64,000 nt of DNA from Candidatus Doudnabacteria bacterium (lineage in GTDB: Bacteria; Patescibacteriota; Doudnabacteria; UBA920). Of this stretch, positions 28,552-37,914 are shown piece after piece (the first letter of the stretch is position 1; every line of letters begins with the position of its first letter). Made by a program: the position numbers and the translations under genes. The stretch spans positions 2,929 through 66,928 of the forward strand of contig PLYC01000007.1 in the NCBI GenBank assembly GCA_003151625.1, in the 5' to 3' direction. Below the pieces are notes generated by a model that searched no databases, had not been told where the DNA came from, and worked only from the letters and a program-made list of their open reading frames with translations.

Positions 28552-29103
28552 ATGAACAGTTCGTCAGAAATAAATCCCCATATTAGTGAAGCAAGATTAA
28601 GGATCCCCGAAGCCTGGCCTCCAATCGAAACGGATATTGGCAAAGTGGCTGAATACGAAGCCAAATTAGAAGAAACGCTCAAACTTTTAGGCTGGCCGGA
28701 ATCGGATGTTTTGGACGCGTCCATGGTTTTCCGTGAGTGGCTGCTTAATGCGATGATCCATGGTAATATGGGATTATTCCAAAATAAGGGAGAGGATACT
28801 AAGGAGTGGGAAGAGAGAATTAAGACAGCTCAAAATTTACCAGAAGTCAAAGCCAAACGATTATACGTAAATATTAATGCAACTGGCAACCGTTTAACGG
28901 TGGAAATTCAGGATGAAGGCAAGGACAGCAGGGAATTTTGGCTGGAAAACAAGCAGCCCGACGCTCTCCAGGAACCCACAAAGTGGCATTCCGGGAGGGG
29001 AGGGATTTTGGCACAAGCTTTCACTAATGAAATGAGTTTTGAAAAAAATAATAAAGGCATTAAGGTGATTTTTGTCAGAGATTTAACAAAGCGCTTGAGA
29101 TAG
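28552..29103 (+). CDS. ATP-binding protein, anti-sigma-factor-like HATPase_c
   Basis: E.LLNAMIHGN (N box), IQDEG (G1), SGRGG (G2). Confidence 0.75.
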   Translation: MNSSSEINPHISEARLRIPEAWPPIETDIGKVAEYEAKLEETLKLLGWPESDVLDASMVFREWLLNAMIHGNMGLFQNKGEDTKEWEERIKTAQNLPEVKAKRLYVNINATGNRLTVEIQDEGKDSREFWLENKQPDALQEPTKWHSGRGGILAQAFTNEMSFEKNNKGIKVIFVRDLTKRLR

Positions 29104-29391
29104 ACGAGGCTGTTGACATCGAATTATGACAAACGATTTTTCCCAAATAAAAAAATCCGCTTTTAGGCGGATTTTAGAGACTAGTAAAACATCAATTAGT
29201 ATTGGAATTTTCTTTTTTCAAATTAACCTTCTTTTTTCTGCTGACTAACGCATCCTCCGGCTTGCCCCGGCAAGGTGATCATAACTGACGGGGTCTTCCA
29301 TGACCCAGCCATACGGATGGATTAAAGGATCTTCCTCGTGCATTCTGTCCATATGCCCAGGCTGGGATTTGTGTTCGGTATTCCTCATAAT

Positions 29392-30909
29392 TTACCCCAT
29401 GCTATGCCTTAGTATTGCGGCTTGCTCAATTAGTTTGCCGGCGTTTTTGCCGTTGCGGAATTGTTTGTGCAGGCGAGCCGAGACGAGCTGGTGTTCCTGT
29501 TCGTTTAAATATTTTGGCGTAAACGGTTTGCCTAAATATTTTTCTATTTCTTCAACGTCTTTAATAATGTCTTTCCATGCCGGATATTTTTTGGCCAAGT
29601 TCACCAAACCTTGCCGGTAAAAAAATTTGCCGGCAAAATATAAATCATGCTTTAAATTTTTATAATGTTTTTCCAGCAATTCCAAATTGCCGGCTTTGCG
29701 CGCCGCGGCCAAACCCCGGCCGGTGCCAATTAGTTCTGGTGGGATGCCTAAGGAATAAAGCACGGCAGTAAAACTAATGGCCCTGGGCAGGCTGACTTTG
29801 CCCATGCCGCGACTGTATCCAAACAGGCCAATGTGCTGGACGCGTTCGCGCCTTTTAGGTATGTGTTTGGCCAGGTCGTTTACCAAAGGCGCTATACCTT
29901 CCACGGTTTGTTTGTAGGCGGCCTCAAATGGCTTAATGGCTTCAATTAGCTGTTTTTCTTCTTCAGCAGTCATAATTACAGCTTTACTTTTTGGCAGGCC
30001 TGTTTCTAAAGCTTTAATTGCTTTTATTACTGTGGCTTTGGGGTAATCATATCTAAACGCGCTTTGGATTGTCACCGTTCTAATTCCTTGGTATTCTTTT
30101 ATAAATCTTTCCGGCCGCAAAGGATATAAACCGCCGCGGAACGGCAAAGCCCCGCAACCAATAACCGGAAATAAATCTATTTTATGTTTTTTGGCGAATT
30201 TGGTGTAACGCGACAGTGCGATTTTTATGGCAATTACGGTTGGTACAATTCCGGAATTTAATGCCGGATCTGAGCGTGCGACATATGGCCTTAAATACGG
30301 CGGGTTAAAACCAAAAATCTTTTTGTGCTCATGCAAATATTTTTCCAGAATTTTATCCGAATTTATTATGGTGCTTACTTGTTCGAACAAAGGAACCATT
30401 AAAACGTGGTTTAGCAAACCTTTCTCAAAACGGTTAAGCGGATGTTTTAAATTGGCAATCTCCCTGAAAGCTTCCTGAATAGCGAGCATTTCCTCCGCGC
30501 TTTCCGTCATTGGTAAAATAACTTCAAACAGCGGGGGGGTGTGCATGCCCACTTGTTTTGCCAGGCCGGCGGAACTTGCTATCCCCATTAAGGCTCGGCT
30601 CATTCTAAATTCCGTCTCAACTTTAGGGTTTGGCAAACGGAAAGTCAAAAATTTTTCTTTGCCCAGGGGGTGCTTTTTAAAGTATTCATAGTATTGAGCC
30701 ATCAGGCGTTCTAAAATAGCTTCGTCTACCAGTTTGCCTTCCCAGTCCCATTTGTATTCGCTTATGCCCAAATCTGAAAAAGACAAAAATAATTCCTTGG
30801 CTTCTTCTATGGTTGGAATAAAATTTTCAGTATGCCAAAAAGGCCTGGCGGCGTGGTCTGGATGCTGGGTGGCCATGGTGGCCGGTATTTTTCTTGCGAC
30901 TTTCTTCAT
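29392..30909 (-). CDS. ppcA: Phosphoenolpyruvate carboxylase, archaeal type
   Basis: IPATMATQHPD, WDWEGK, FEVILPMT, ARSDPALNSG, PFRGG, T.TIQSAFRYD, LPRAI.F. Confidence 0.92.
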   Translation of the reverse strand: MKKVARKIPATMATQHPDHAARPFWHTENFIPTIEEAKELFLSFSDLGISEYKWDWEGKLVDEAILERLMAQYYEYFKKHPLGKEKFLTFRLPNPKVETEFRMSRALMGIASSAGLAKQVGMHTPPLFEVILPMTESAEEMLAIQEAFREIANLKHPLNRFEKGLLNHVLMVPLFEQVSTIINSDKILEKYLHEHKKIFGFNPPYLRPYVARSDPALNSGIVPTVIAIKIALSRYTKFAKKHKIDLFPVIGCGALPFRGGLYPLRPERFIKEYQGIRTVTIQSAFRYDYPKATVIKAIKALETGLPKSKAVIMTAEEEKQLIEAIKPFEAAYKQTVEGIAPLVNDLAKHIPKRRERVQHIGLFGYSRGMGKVSLPRAISFTAVLYSLGIPPELIGTGRGLAAARKAGNLELLEKHYKNLKHDLYFAGKFFYRQGLVNLAKKYPAWKDIIKDVEEIEKYLGKPFTPKYLNEQEHQLVSARLHKQFRNGKNAGKLIEQAAILRHSMG

Positions 30910-30948
30910 TAAGAGTATTATGATATATGAAAGGGGTGTTTGTCAAAA

Positions 30949-31566
30949 ATGGGCAGCCAAACCGAACTTATCGCGCTATTAAAGGCAGAGGGCGTGCTAA
31001 ACAACCCGGCCGTGATTAAAGCCATGAAGGCGGTCGATCGTGCCGATTTTGTTTTGCCCCGATACCGAAGTTTGGCGTACGAAAACTATCCTTTGTCCAT
31101 AGGCTTTGGCCAGACCATTTTCCAGCCGTACACCGTGGCGTTTATGCTCGAGCTTTTGAAGGTTAAAAAGGGTGAGAAAATTTTGGAAATCGGCGCGGGC
31201 AGCGGCTGGCAAACGGCCATGCTGTGCCAACTGGTGGGCAAGGCAGGGCGGGTGGTGGCCGTAGAAAGGCTGTCGAAGTTAAAACGGTTGGAACATATTA
31301 ATCTCGCCAAATGCCATTTATATCAAAATACAATCACGTTAATACAAGGCGATGGTAAGTTGGGCTATTTGGCGGCAGCCCCTTATGACAAAATTATTGC
31401 CGCTGCAGCCGGATCAGGGATTCCCGAAGCCTGGAAACAGCAGCTGAAAATTGGCGGTAAAATTGTAGCGCCGGTAAAACACAGTATTTGGGAAATTAGC
31501 AAACTTTCGGCAAAATCCTTTAAAATAATCAGGCATTGGGGTTTTTCTTTTGTTCCTCTGGTATAA
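30949..31566 (+). CDS. pcm: Protein-L-isoaspartate O-methyltransferase
   Basis: VDRADFV, IG.GQTI.QP..VA.MLELL, LEIGAGSGWQ, GDG..G....APYDKI, FVPLV. Confidence 0.9.
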   Translation: MGSQTELIALLKAEGVLNNPAVIKAMKAVDRADFVLPRYRSLAYENYPLSIGFGQTIFQPYTVAFMLELLKVKKGEKILEIGAGSGWQTAMLCQLVGKAGRVVAVERLSKLKRLEHINLAKCHLYQNTITLIQGDGKLGYLAAAPYDKIIAAAAGSGIPEAWKQQLKIGGKIVAPVKHSIWEISKLSAKSFKIIRHWGFSFVPLV

Positions 31567-31615
31567 AGTTTAAATTTGTTATAATTACAGCAGAGAAATT
31601 TCTAACCTCTAACCT

Positions 31616-32161
31616 ATGAACCTCCATCCAGTGTTTGTCCATTTCCCCGTAGCCTTACTTACAGTTTACGCGTTAATGGAATTGGTTCGTTTTAAAAAAG
31701 TAATGTCCCAACCGTACTGGTTTTACCTCAAGGCGGTATTTTTAACGATAGGCGGCCTGGGGGCTTTACTGGCTTTGTATACCGGTGATATGGCTCGTTC
31801 CGCGGTTCGTCAGGGGGACTTTGTTGTAGCCATAAATAATTTTAAACAGGTTTTAAATGTCCATGAAAACTTTGCTCACTTGTCCGTGGCAATTTTTGGG
31901 CTCTTGGCGGCGAGCTATTTATTTTTGTGGCTCCAGCGGGAAAATTTTTCGGCTTTTGCGGAGAAGATAAATCTCGGCGCCCTGTGGAAATTGTTACTTA
32001 AATTTGCTCGTTTTTTTGTGGAAACCCGGTTTGTAATTTTTATGGCCTTAGCCGGCTTAATTTGTATAACCATAACCGGCGGTCTCGGCGGCGTTATGGT
32101 CTACGGCACCTCGGCCGATCCATTTTTTGGCATAATATATCATTTGTTGTTTCCATCCTAA
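31616..32161 (+). CDS. DUF2231-like membrane protein
   Basis: LHP.FVHFPVALL N-terminus, later His, TG.LGG.MVYG. Confidence 0.75.
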   Translation: MNLHPVFVHFPVALLTVYALMELVRFKKVMSQPYWFYLKAVFLTIGGLGALLALYTGDMARSAVRQGDFVVAINNFKQVLNVHENFAHLSVAIFGLLAASYLFLWLQRENFSAFAEKINLGALWKLLLKFARFFVETRFVIFMALAGLICITITGGLGGVMVYGTSADPFFGIIYHLLFPS

Positions 32162-32191
32162 TTCATAATTTAAACTTCATTATTTATATCT

Positions 32192-32265
32192 GCGGGATTA
32201 GTACAATGGCAGTATGAGACCTTCCCAAGGTTTAGACACGGGTCCGATTCCCGTATCCCGCTCCA
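32192..32265 (+). tRNA. tRNA-Gly(CCC)
   Basis: Acceptor GCGGGAT/ATCCCGC, discriminator T, encoded CCA; anticodon arm AGACC-TTCCCAA-GGTTT; T arm ACGGG-TCCGATT-CCCGT. Confidence 0.95.
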
Positions 32266-32307
32266 GCCCTTTTTTAAAAGTATTTTAAAATTAACTAAAA
32301 AAATTAA

Positions 32308-32598
32308 ATGGCCATGAAAATAACAGATAGACAATATCTAACGCTAAGTGTTATTGGTTTGGTTTTTGTGCTGATGGGAACAGGGTGGTTATTTTTTTAT
32401 ACTAAATGGCTACTCTATTCACCTTTAATCGGGGGAATTATTTCAGTAATTGTACTTTTGAAAGCCAGTAAATCTGTTCATAAAAAAATTGCTTGGGTTA
32501 CTTTGGTCATTTTATTCTTAGAAATTGCTTTTGTTGGTTATCTTTATTATTCTTTGTTCCATGGCGGTTTTGATATGAATTGGCAACAGCCGGCGTAG
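32308..32598 (+). CDS. Small 3-TM membrane protein (Gly cassette 1)
   Basis: 96-aa hydrophobic ORF that fills the cassette. Confidence 0.7.
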   Translation: MAMKITDRQYLTLSVIGLVFVLMGTGWLFFYTKWLLYSPLIGGIISVIVLLKASKSVHKKIAWVTLVILFLEIAFVGYLYYSLFHGGFDMNWQQPA

Positions 32599-32620
32599 AA
32601 CTTAAGCAATACTTTTAACT

Positions 32621-32655
32621 ATTTCCGTCCGAACATCATTCCATAGCCCGCTCCA
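32621..32655 (+). repeat. att-like site G1
   Basis: ATTTCCGTCCGAACATCATTCCATAGCCCGCTCCA. Confidence 0.9.
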
Positions 32656-32701
32656 GCATTATAAACAAAATAAATAAAATTTAATCTTAAAAAATAAAAT
32701 T

Positions 32702-33022
32702 ATGAAATATTTGGTTAGCAAGCGCTGGGTTGTATGGTTAATCGGAATTATTTTCACATTTTGGCTATTTATTGGAACTAGCTTAAACGGCATAAGCTTG
32801 ATAGGTATTTTTGTTGGCGCTATCTATCTAATACCGCCATTGTTTTTTGCTTTCATAAATAAGATTTTTGACAAGCGGCGTAAAGCTCAAAACCCCAATC
32901 AAAATATAAAAGATTATAATATAATTGATTTTTGTTTATTAGTCTTAATTATAATTTTTGAGGCTTTAACTGTTGGTGGAATAATCTATTTTTTGTATCA
33001 ATACTTTACACAAGTTAAATAA
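32702..33022 (+). CDS. Small 3-TM membrane protein (Gly cassette 2)
   Basis: 106-aa hydrophobic ORF that fills the cassette. Confidence 0.7.
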   Translation: MKYLVSKRWVVWLIGIIFTFWLFIGTSLNGISLIGIFVGAIYLIPPLFFAFINKIFDKRRKAQNPNQNIKDYNIIDFCLLVLIIIFEALTVGGIIYFLYQYFTQVK

Positions 33023-33056
33023 TTGTTACCGCCAGGTATTAGTAGCCATTTTAACT

Positions 33057-33091
33057 ATTTCTGTCCGAACATCATTCCATAGCCCGCTCCA
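33057..33091 (+). repeat. att-like site G2
   Basis: ATTTCTGTCCGAACATCATTCCATAGCCCGCTCCA (34/35 identical to G1). Confidence 0.9.
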
Positions 33092-33115
33092 ATTAAATTT
33101 TATATGTAAAAATGA

Positions 33116-34183
33116 TTGAAACTTAAATATATGCCTGACAGTTTTGAACTATCACGCAACGCCGAACAATATTTAAATAAATCTGATTATAGGGATTCCG
33201 CCCAACAATTCCAATTAATAAAATTGCTTTTTGAATATGCAGAACAACAAGGACTTATGGCAAGTAAATACAGTGATTATCATGTTGACCTTTCTAATCC
33301 CGCGGCGGATACTTCTACTGATAATCCCAAAGCAATTTCATTGCCACCAAATTTTGCTCTCCTGGTAACAGATCAGCCGGGAGAATACTTTATTGTTGAT
33401 TATAAAAATGCCCCAAAAAAAATTACCCATCCCAAGTTTGCGTTTTTAAATGAAGAGGCGCGGGGAAGGGAAATATTATTATCAACAGCAAGAAAACAGG
33501 GACAGACAGACCAAAAAATTGGTGAAATTAAATTTGCGGAAACCAATAGCCCCGACAGTGGCAAAAAAATCGAAGTTTCAATTACCCAATCTGTAAATAA
33601 TAAAAGTTATAAAAGTATTAACGATGCCGAAGTCGTAAAGCCTCATGGTCAACTTTTGCGAACTTACGAACTTGATCCCAAAGGGATAAAAATACCCAAA
33701 CGTTTACACATAAGTAGGATTGATGAATCCTATTTTGAGAAAGATGGTCGACGCGTTCAAGTAAGATTGGGGAGGGAATTTGAAGTATCCAATAAAATCG
33801 TATCAGATAATGTGCTAAGCACCTACGAAGAGTTCTATTTGGTGGGCAGGCCGATTCAAAGGATAGTGGCTTCTATATCCATTGAGGGTCCTGTAAATGA
33901 GCCTTAATCCGTTACTATTAGTATTGGAGATGCTTCAAAAGTTATATTTGAGGATAAAAATAAAGGGGTAATGGTTAAAATTGACGGAGATGAAAAACAA
34001 TTGGAATTATTTAAACAGGATCCGGCTTATGCAGCTATTTTTAAAGACCCGCCGGATGTAAGCGAATTTATAAAAAATATAAAAGATAAAATACAGGTTT
34101 TGCGGGAAGATTGGGATAAGCCTGAAACGGTTTTTGGTCAAAATTTGGCCATAGAGAAACCCGGCAAAGAACTAGAAGCATAA
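33116..34183 (+). pseudogene. Hypothetical protein split by one in-frame TAA (Gly cassette 3)
   Basis: ORFs 33116-33907 and 33971-34183 are in the same frame and the sequence between them is open. Confidence 0.65.
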
Positions 34184-34201
34184 AACAGCTAGTTGTTTAT
34201 A

Positions 34202-34236
34202 ATTTCCGTCCGAACATCATTCCATAGCCCGCTCCA
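34202..34236 (+). repeat. att-like site G3
   Basis: ATTTCCGTCCGAACATCATTCCATAGCCCGCTCCA (identical to G1). Confidence 0.9.
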
Positions 34237-34294
34237 GCCTCCGCCAAGGCTACGGCCGGCTTACGCCAACAGAAGATTTATCGAAACTTAGATT

Positions 34295-34486
34295 ATGGAA
34301 CACAAAGAAGCATCAATCATCTTAATAAGTTTGTTGAACAAAAATCTGTTTGACATCGAAGAGAAAGAGGCGGTTTTAACCGCCATCGGCGTTCTCGCTT
34401 GGACTTCGTTGTCTAAAAGCAAAATAAAAGCCATAAGAGATAAGCGCGAGAAATTAAAGAATGGCGACTTGAAACTTCAATTATAG
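34295..34486 (+). CDS. Small hypothetical protein
   Basis: 63 aa with EEKEAVLTAIGVL.W; ATG start, coding-like composition. Confidence 0.55.
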   Translation: MEHKEASIILISLLNKNLFDIEEKEAVLTAIGVLAWTSLSKSKIKAIRDKREKLKNGDLKLQL

Positions 34487-34595
34487 AATTTACCCGTCAA
34501 AATTTTGCGATGGAAATTTATAAAACTCCTTATTTTATTAAGCTACAAAAAAATTAAATTTGCCAAATAAATTTGGGCAAAATTTAGGCGGGTAA

Positions 34596-35039
34596 ATGAA
34601 AATCACCCTTTGCGGAAGTGCGGGGTTTGTGGTGGAGATGAATGCACTGGCCGGGCAGTTAAAAAAATTAGGACACGATGTTAAATCCATGCCGTTGAAA
34701 TTTACGGATGGAAATGGAAAAGTTTGGCAAACTTTGGATTATCATAAATTTAAAAAATCCAAACCATTTAACAATCCTGAATTTTTGAATAACCACCACG
34801 ACCGTATCCGCGAACATTTTAGTAAAGTCGCTTGGTCAGACGCGATTTTGGTTGCCAATTACGACAAAAACGGAATTACCAATTACGTTGGCCCGAACAC
34901 GTTAATGGAAATGGGGCTTGCTTTTTATCTAAGAAAAAAAATTTATTTACTTAACCCGGTTCCGGATACTCCTTGGGAAGAGGAAATGTTGGGAATGAAA
35001 CCGGTTGTTGTAAGCGGAGTCTTAGAAGTAATAAAATAA
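34596..35039 (+). CDS. Nucleoside 2-deoxyribosyltransferase-like fold protein
   Basis: MKITLCGS...HF.KV..SDAILVAN....YVG.NT.ME.G.AF..RKKIY.LN. Confidence 0.6.
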   Translation: MKITLCGSAGFVVEMNALAGQLKKLGHDVKSMPLKFTDGNGKVWQTLDYHKFKKSKPFNNPEFLNNHHDRIREHFSKVAWSDAILVANYDKNGITNYVGPNTLMEMGLAFYLRKKIYLLNPVPDTPWEEEMLGMKPVVVSGVLEVIK

Positions 35040-35072
35040 AAGTCATCAAATCATTTATTACACCATAAAAGT

Positions 35073-35103
35073 AAACTGGAAGAAGGGAACCTTCTTCCAG
35101 TTT
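35073..35103. repeat. Palindrome AAACTGGAAGAAGG-GAA-CCTTCTTCCAGTTT
   Basis: Degenerate copy at about 44409-44432; both are preceded by TTACACCATAAA. Confidence 0.6.
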
Positions 35104-35155
35104 GTAAAAAAGTCAACTTTTAGATATAATTAAGGCATTAAAAGCCTTATTTTTT

Positions 35156-36445
35156 ATGGAAACAAAATCAAAGAAGCTTTCTTTAGAACCTTATAAAGGT
35201 ACGCGGGATTTTTATCCCGAGAATCAGTTCGTGCAAAATTATATTTTTGGCGTTTGGCGGAAAGTGGCTGAAAGTTACGGCTATTTGGAGTATGGGGCTT
35301 CCATTTTGGAAGAGACCGAACTTTATCGCGCTAAAAGCGGCGAAGAAATTGTTAACGAACAAACTTATTCTTTTACCGACCGCGGCGGGCGCGACGTAAC
35401 CATCCGTCCGGAAATGACTCCCACGGTGGCGCGAATGGTCGCGCAAAAACGCCGGGAGCTAAGTTTTCCCTTACGTTGGTATTCCATTCCCAACCTATTC
35501 CGTTACGAGCGACCCCAGCGCGGCCGCCTGCGCGAACACTGGCAGCTTAACTGCGATATTTTTGGAGTGGACAGCATTGAGGCGGATGTTGAGGTTATAT
35601 CTTTGGCGTACGATATGATGAAGGCCTTTGGCGCAAAAGACGAAAATTTTCAAATTAAGATTAATAGCCGTAAGTTTTTGAATTATCTTGCGGATGATTA
35701 TCTACAAATTTCCGAAGAACAAAAACACAAAACATTTAAGCTTATAGACCGGATGAATAAAATAAGCGTCGAGGAATTTGAGATACAGGGAATTGAAATC
35801 CTAAACGAGAAATTTGATAAATTAAAGAAAGTTATTTCCAGCAAGGATCCATCTGACATAGCGGGAGACAATAATACTACAACAGGAGTTTCAGATATTT
35901 TAAATTTAATAACTTCTTTAAAAAGAAAAGGTATTGTAAATGTAGTTTTTGATCCAACCATAATGCGCGGGTTTGACTATTACACCGGCACGGTTTTTGA
36001 AATGTATGATACCAACCCAAAAAATCCCCGTGCACTTTTTGGCGGTGGCCGGTACGACGACCTCGTGGGCATTTTTGGAGTGGAAAAAGTTTCTGGTATT
36101 GGTTTTGGCTGGGGGGATGTAACTACACGTGATTTTTTGGAGACTTATAATCTTTTGCCTCAATATCACCCTCCGGTACAGTTATACATCGCGCATCTTG
36201 AAGGGTTTATGGAAGAGGCAAATAAATTGGCAGATTACCTTCGTAAGCAGGGCGCCAATGTGGAAGTGGATTTAACCGACCGCCAAGTTTCCAAACAAAT
36301 AAAAACTTCAGACAAAGAAAAAATTCCATTTGCCTTGGTAGTGGGCGAAGATGAAGTAAAAACCGGAAAGTTTAAGGTCAAAAATTTGGCGCAATCAACT
36401 GAAACAGAAACCACTCGTGATGGTATTGCCGCTATACTTAAATAA
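35156..36445 (+). CDS. hisS: Histidine--tRNA ligase
   Basis: KGTRDFYP, RPEMTP, FRYERPQRGRLREH.Q, RGFDYYTG, GGGRYD. Confidence 0.97.
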   Translation: METKSKKLSLEPYKGTRDFYPENQFVQNYIFGVWRKVAESYGYLEYGASILEETELYRAKSGEEIVNEQTYSFTDRGGRDVTIRPEMTPTVARMVAQKRRELSFPLRWYSIPNLFRYERPQRGRLREHWQLNCDIFGVDSIEADVEVISLAYDMMKAFGAKDENFQIKINSRKFLNYLADDYLQISEEQKHKTFKLIDRMNKISVEEFEIQGIEILNEKFDKLKKVISSKDPSDIAGDNNTTTGVSDILNLITSLKRKGIVNVVFDPTIMRGFDYYTGTVFEMYDTNPKNPRALFGGGRYDDLVGIFGVEKVSGIGFGWGDVTTRDFLETYNLLPQYHPPVQLYIAHLEGFMEEANKLADYLRKQGANVEVDLTDRQVSKQIKTSDKEKIPFALVVGEDEVKTGKFKVKNLAQSTETETTRDGIAAILK

Positions 36446-36466
36446 AGCGGCAAGAAAATATTCTTT

Positions 36467-37093
36467 ATGTTGTCATCAGAAGAACAAATAACTCTGGATA
36501 CATATAATAATATCGCCCCGCAATGGGTAAGCAAAAATTATGTTTTGGATTTTTGGCTTGAGGAATATCAAATATTCCATAGTTATTTATCGGCTGGTAA
36601 AATTATTGATCTTGGCTGTGGTGGGGGGAGGGACAGTGTTTGGTTTAAAAAAAATGGTTACGATTATGTTGGTGTGGATATATCAGAGGGTATGCTGGCT
36701 GAAGCCCATAAGCGTCATCCCGACACTCGCTTTATGCAACAGAGCTTGTATGACCTAGATTTTCCTAAGAACAGTTTCGATGGTTTTTGGTCAGCGTGCT
36801 CGTTTTTGCATATCCCAAAAGAACGGATAAATGTGGTTTTGGGTAATATCAAAAATATTTTGAAGCCCGGGGCTGTTGGTTTTATTTCTATTAAGCAAGG
36901 GACAAAGTTTGTAAAAAAAGCATGGCACGAAAGCGGAAGAGAAAGATTCTTTGCCTATTATGAACAGGATGAGTTTGCAAAAATATTAAAAGACCAGGGT
37001 TTTGATATTTTGCAAACAGCTATAAGGTCACCGGAAAATTCTGATCAAGACGAAACGTTTTTAATTTTTTACGTAAAGTTAGTCACAAAATAA
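36467..37093 (+). CDS. Class I SAM-dependent methyltransferase
   Basis: IIDLGCGGGRD, GVDISEGML, FDG.W...SFLH, LKPG. Confidence 0.9.
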   Translation: MLSSEEQITLDTYNNIAPQWVSKNYVLDFWLEEYQIFHSYLSAGKIIDLGCGGGRDSVWFKKNGYDYVGVDISEGMLAEAHKRHPDTRFMQQSLYDLDFPKNSFDGFWSACSFLHIPKERINVVLGNIKNILKPGAVGFISIKQGTKFVKKAWHESGRERFFAYYEQDEFAKILKDQGFDILQTAIRSPENSDQDETFLIFYVKLVTK

Positions 37094-37506
37094 TGGAACT
37101 CCAGGTCGGCGTTAAGGCGCTGTTAAAAAATAAAGAAGGGAAGTATTTACTGCTTAGGCGGAACCCAAAAAAGTATCCGGAAGTCGGGCCGAACTGGGAT
37201 ATTATAGGCGGCAGGATAAATCCGGGTTTGCCGCTTTTAGACAATCTGAAAAGGGAAATAATGGAAGAAGCGAGATTGGATTATCATGGAACGCCAAAAT
37301 TAGTGGCCGCGCAGGATATTTTAAAAATTCCCGACCGCCACGTGGTTCGTTTAACTTTTACTGGAGATATGGAAGGGGAACCAAAAGTTGACGAAGAACA
37401 TTTGGAAGCCAAATGGTTTACGGCCGCCGAAATAAAAGCAATGAGTGTAACCGAACTTGATAGTTTTTTTAAGGAACTAATTGATAAAGAAAATATTAAT
37501 TTATAA
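37093..37506 (+). CDS. NUDIX hydrolase
   Basis: WDIIGGRINPG......LKREIMEEA Nudix-like box. Confidence 0.85.
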   Translation: MELQVGVKALLKNKEGKYLLLRRNPKKYPEVGPNWDIIGGRINPGLPLLDNLKREIMEEARLDYHGTPKLVAAQDILKIPDRHVVRLTFTGDMEGEPKVDEEHLEAKWFTAAEIKAMSVTELDSFFKELIDKENINL

Positions 37507-37511
37507 AATTT

Positions 37512-37730
37512 ATGGAAATGCGGGGCGATGTCAGGGTTTATTCCGGAATTTTTCTTATTATTTTGGCCGCTTTGGCCGTGATTATTTTTTTAAAGCCAAA
37601 GGCAAAAACTACCAAACCAATAACGACTTTTGAGGAATGCCAGGCCGCAGGCTATCCGGTAATGCAAAGCTATCCGCCGCAGTGTACATTGCCCAACGGA
37701 AGATTTTTTGTTCAGCAGGTTGTTGAATAA
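37512..37730 (+). CDS. Small membrane-anchored protein with FEEC..AGYPVM.SYP.QC motif
   Basis: TM segment plus a two-Cys motif that I recall from CPR proteins. Confidence 0.75.
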   Translation: MEMRGDVRVYSGIFLIILAALAVIIFLKPKAKTTKPITTFEECQAAGYPVMQSYPPQCTLPNGRFFVQQVVE

Positions 37731-37762
37731 AAGTAAGTTTAGAATTAAGTTGATATAATCAT

Positions 37763-37800
37763 CGACCTGTAAAATTCACGGCCGTGAATTTTACAGGTCG
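37763..37800. repeat. Perfect 38-bp CGGCCG-centred palindrome
   Basis: CGACCTGTAAAATTCACGG/CCGTGAATTTTACAGGTCG. Confidence 0.85.
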
Positions 37801-37914
37801 TGTAATATTTATAAACCCTGTTAGAAACTATTTGGCTAAAGGACAGGCCAGAAATTTTTAAGAAATAAGCGCGTAAATCCTAAGAAGAATAAAAAAATAG
37901 TCATTCCTAACTGG

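Larger units (their letters stand above)
32266..34236 (+). mobile_element. tRNA-Gly-anchored array of 3 gene cassettes (390, 436 and 1145 bp)
   Basis: Each unit ends in a 35-bp site carrying the tRNA 3' end CCCGCTCCA. Confidence 0.75.

Noticed and set aside
29245-29388. 47-aa minus-strand ORF directly after ppcA
   Set aside because: Position is plausible, but there is no RBS or recognisable motif, so support is too weak to list as a feature.
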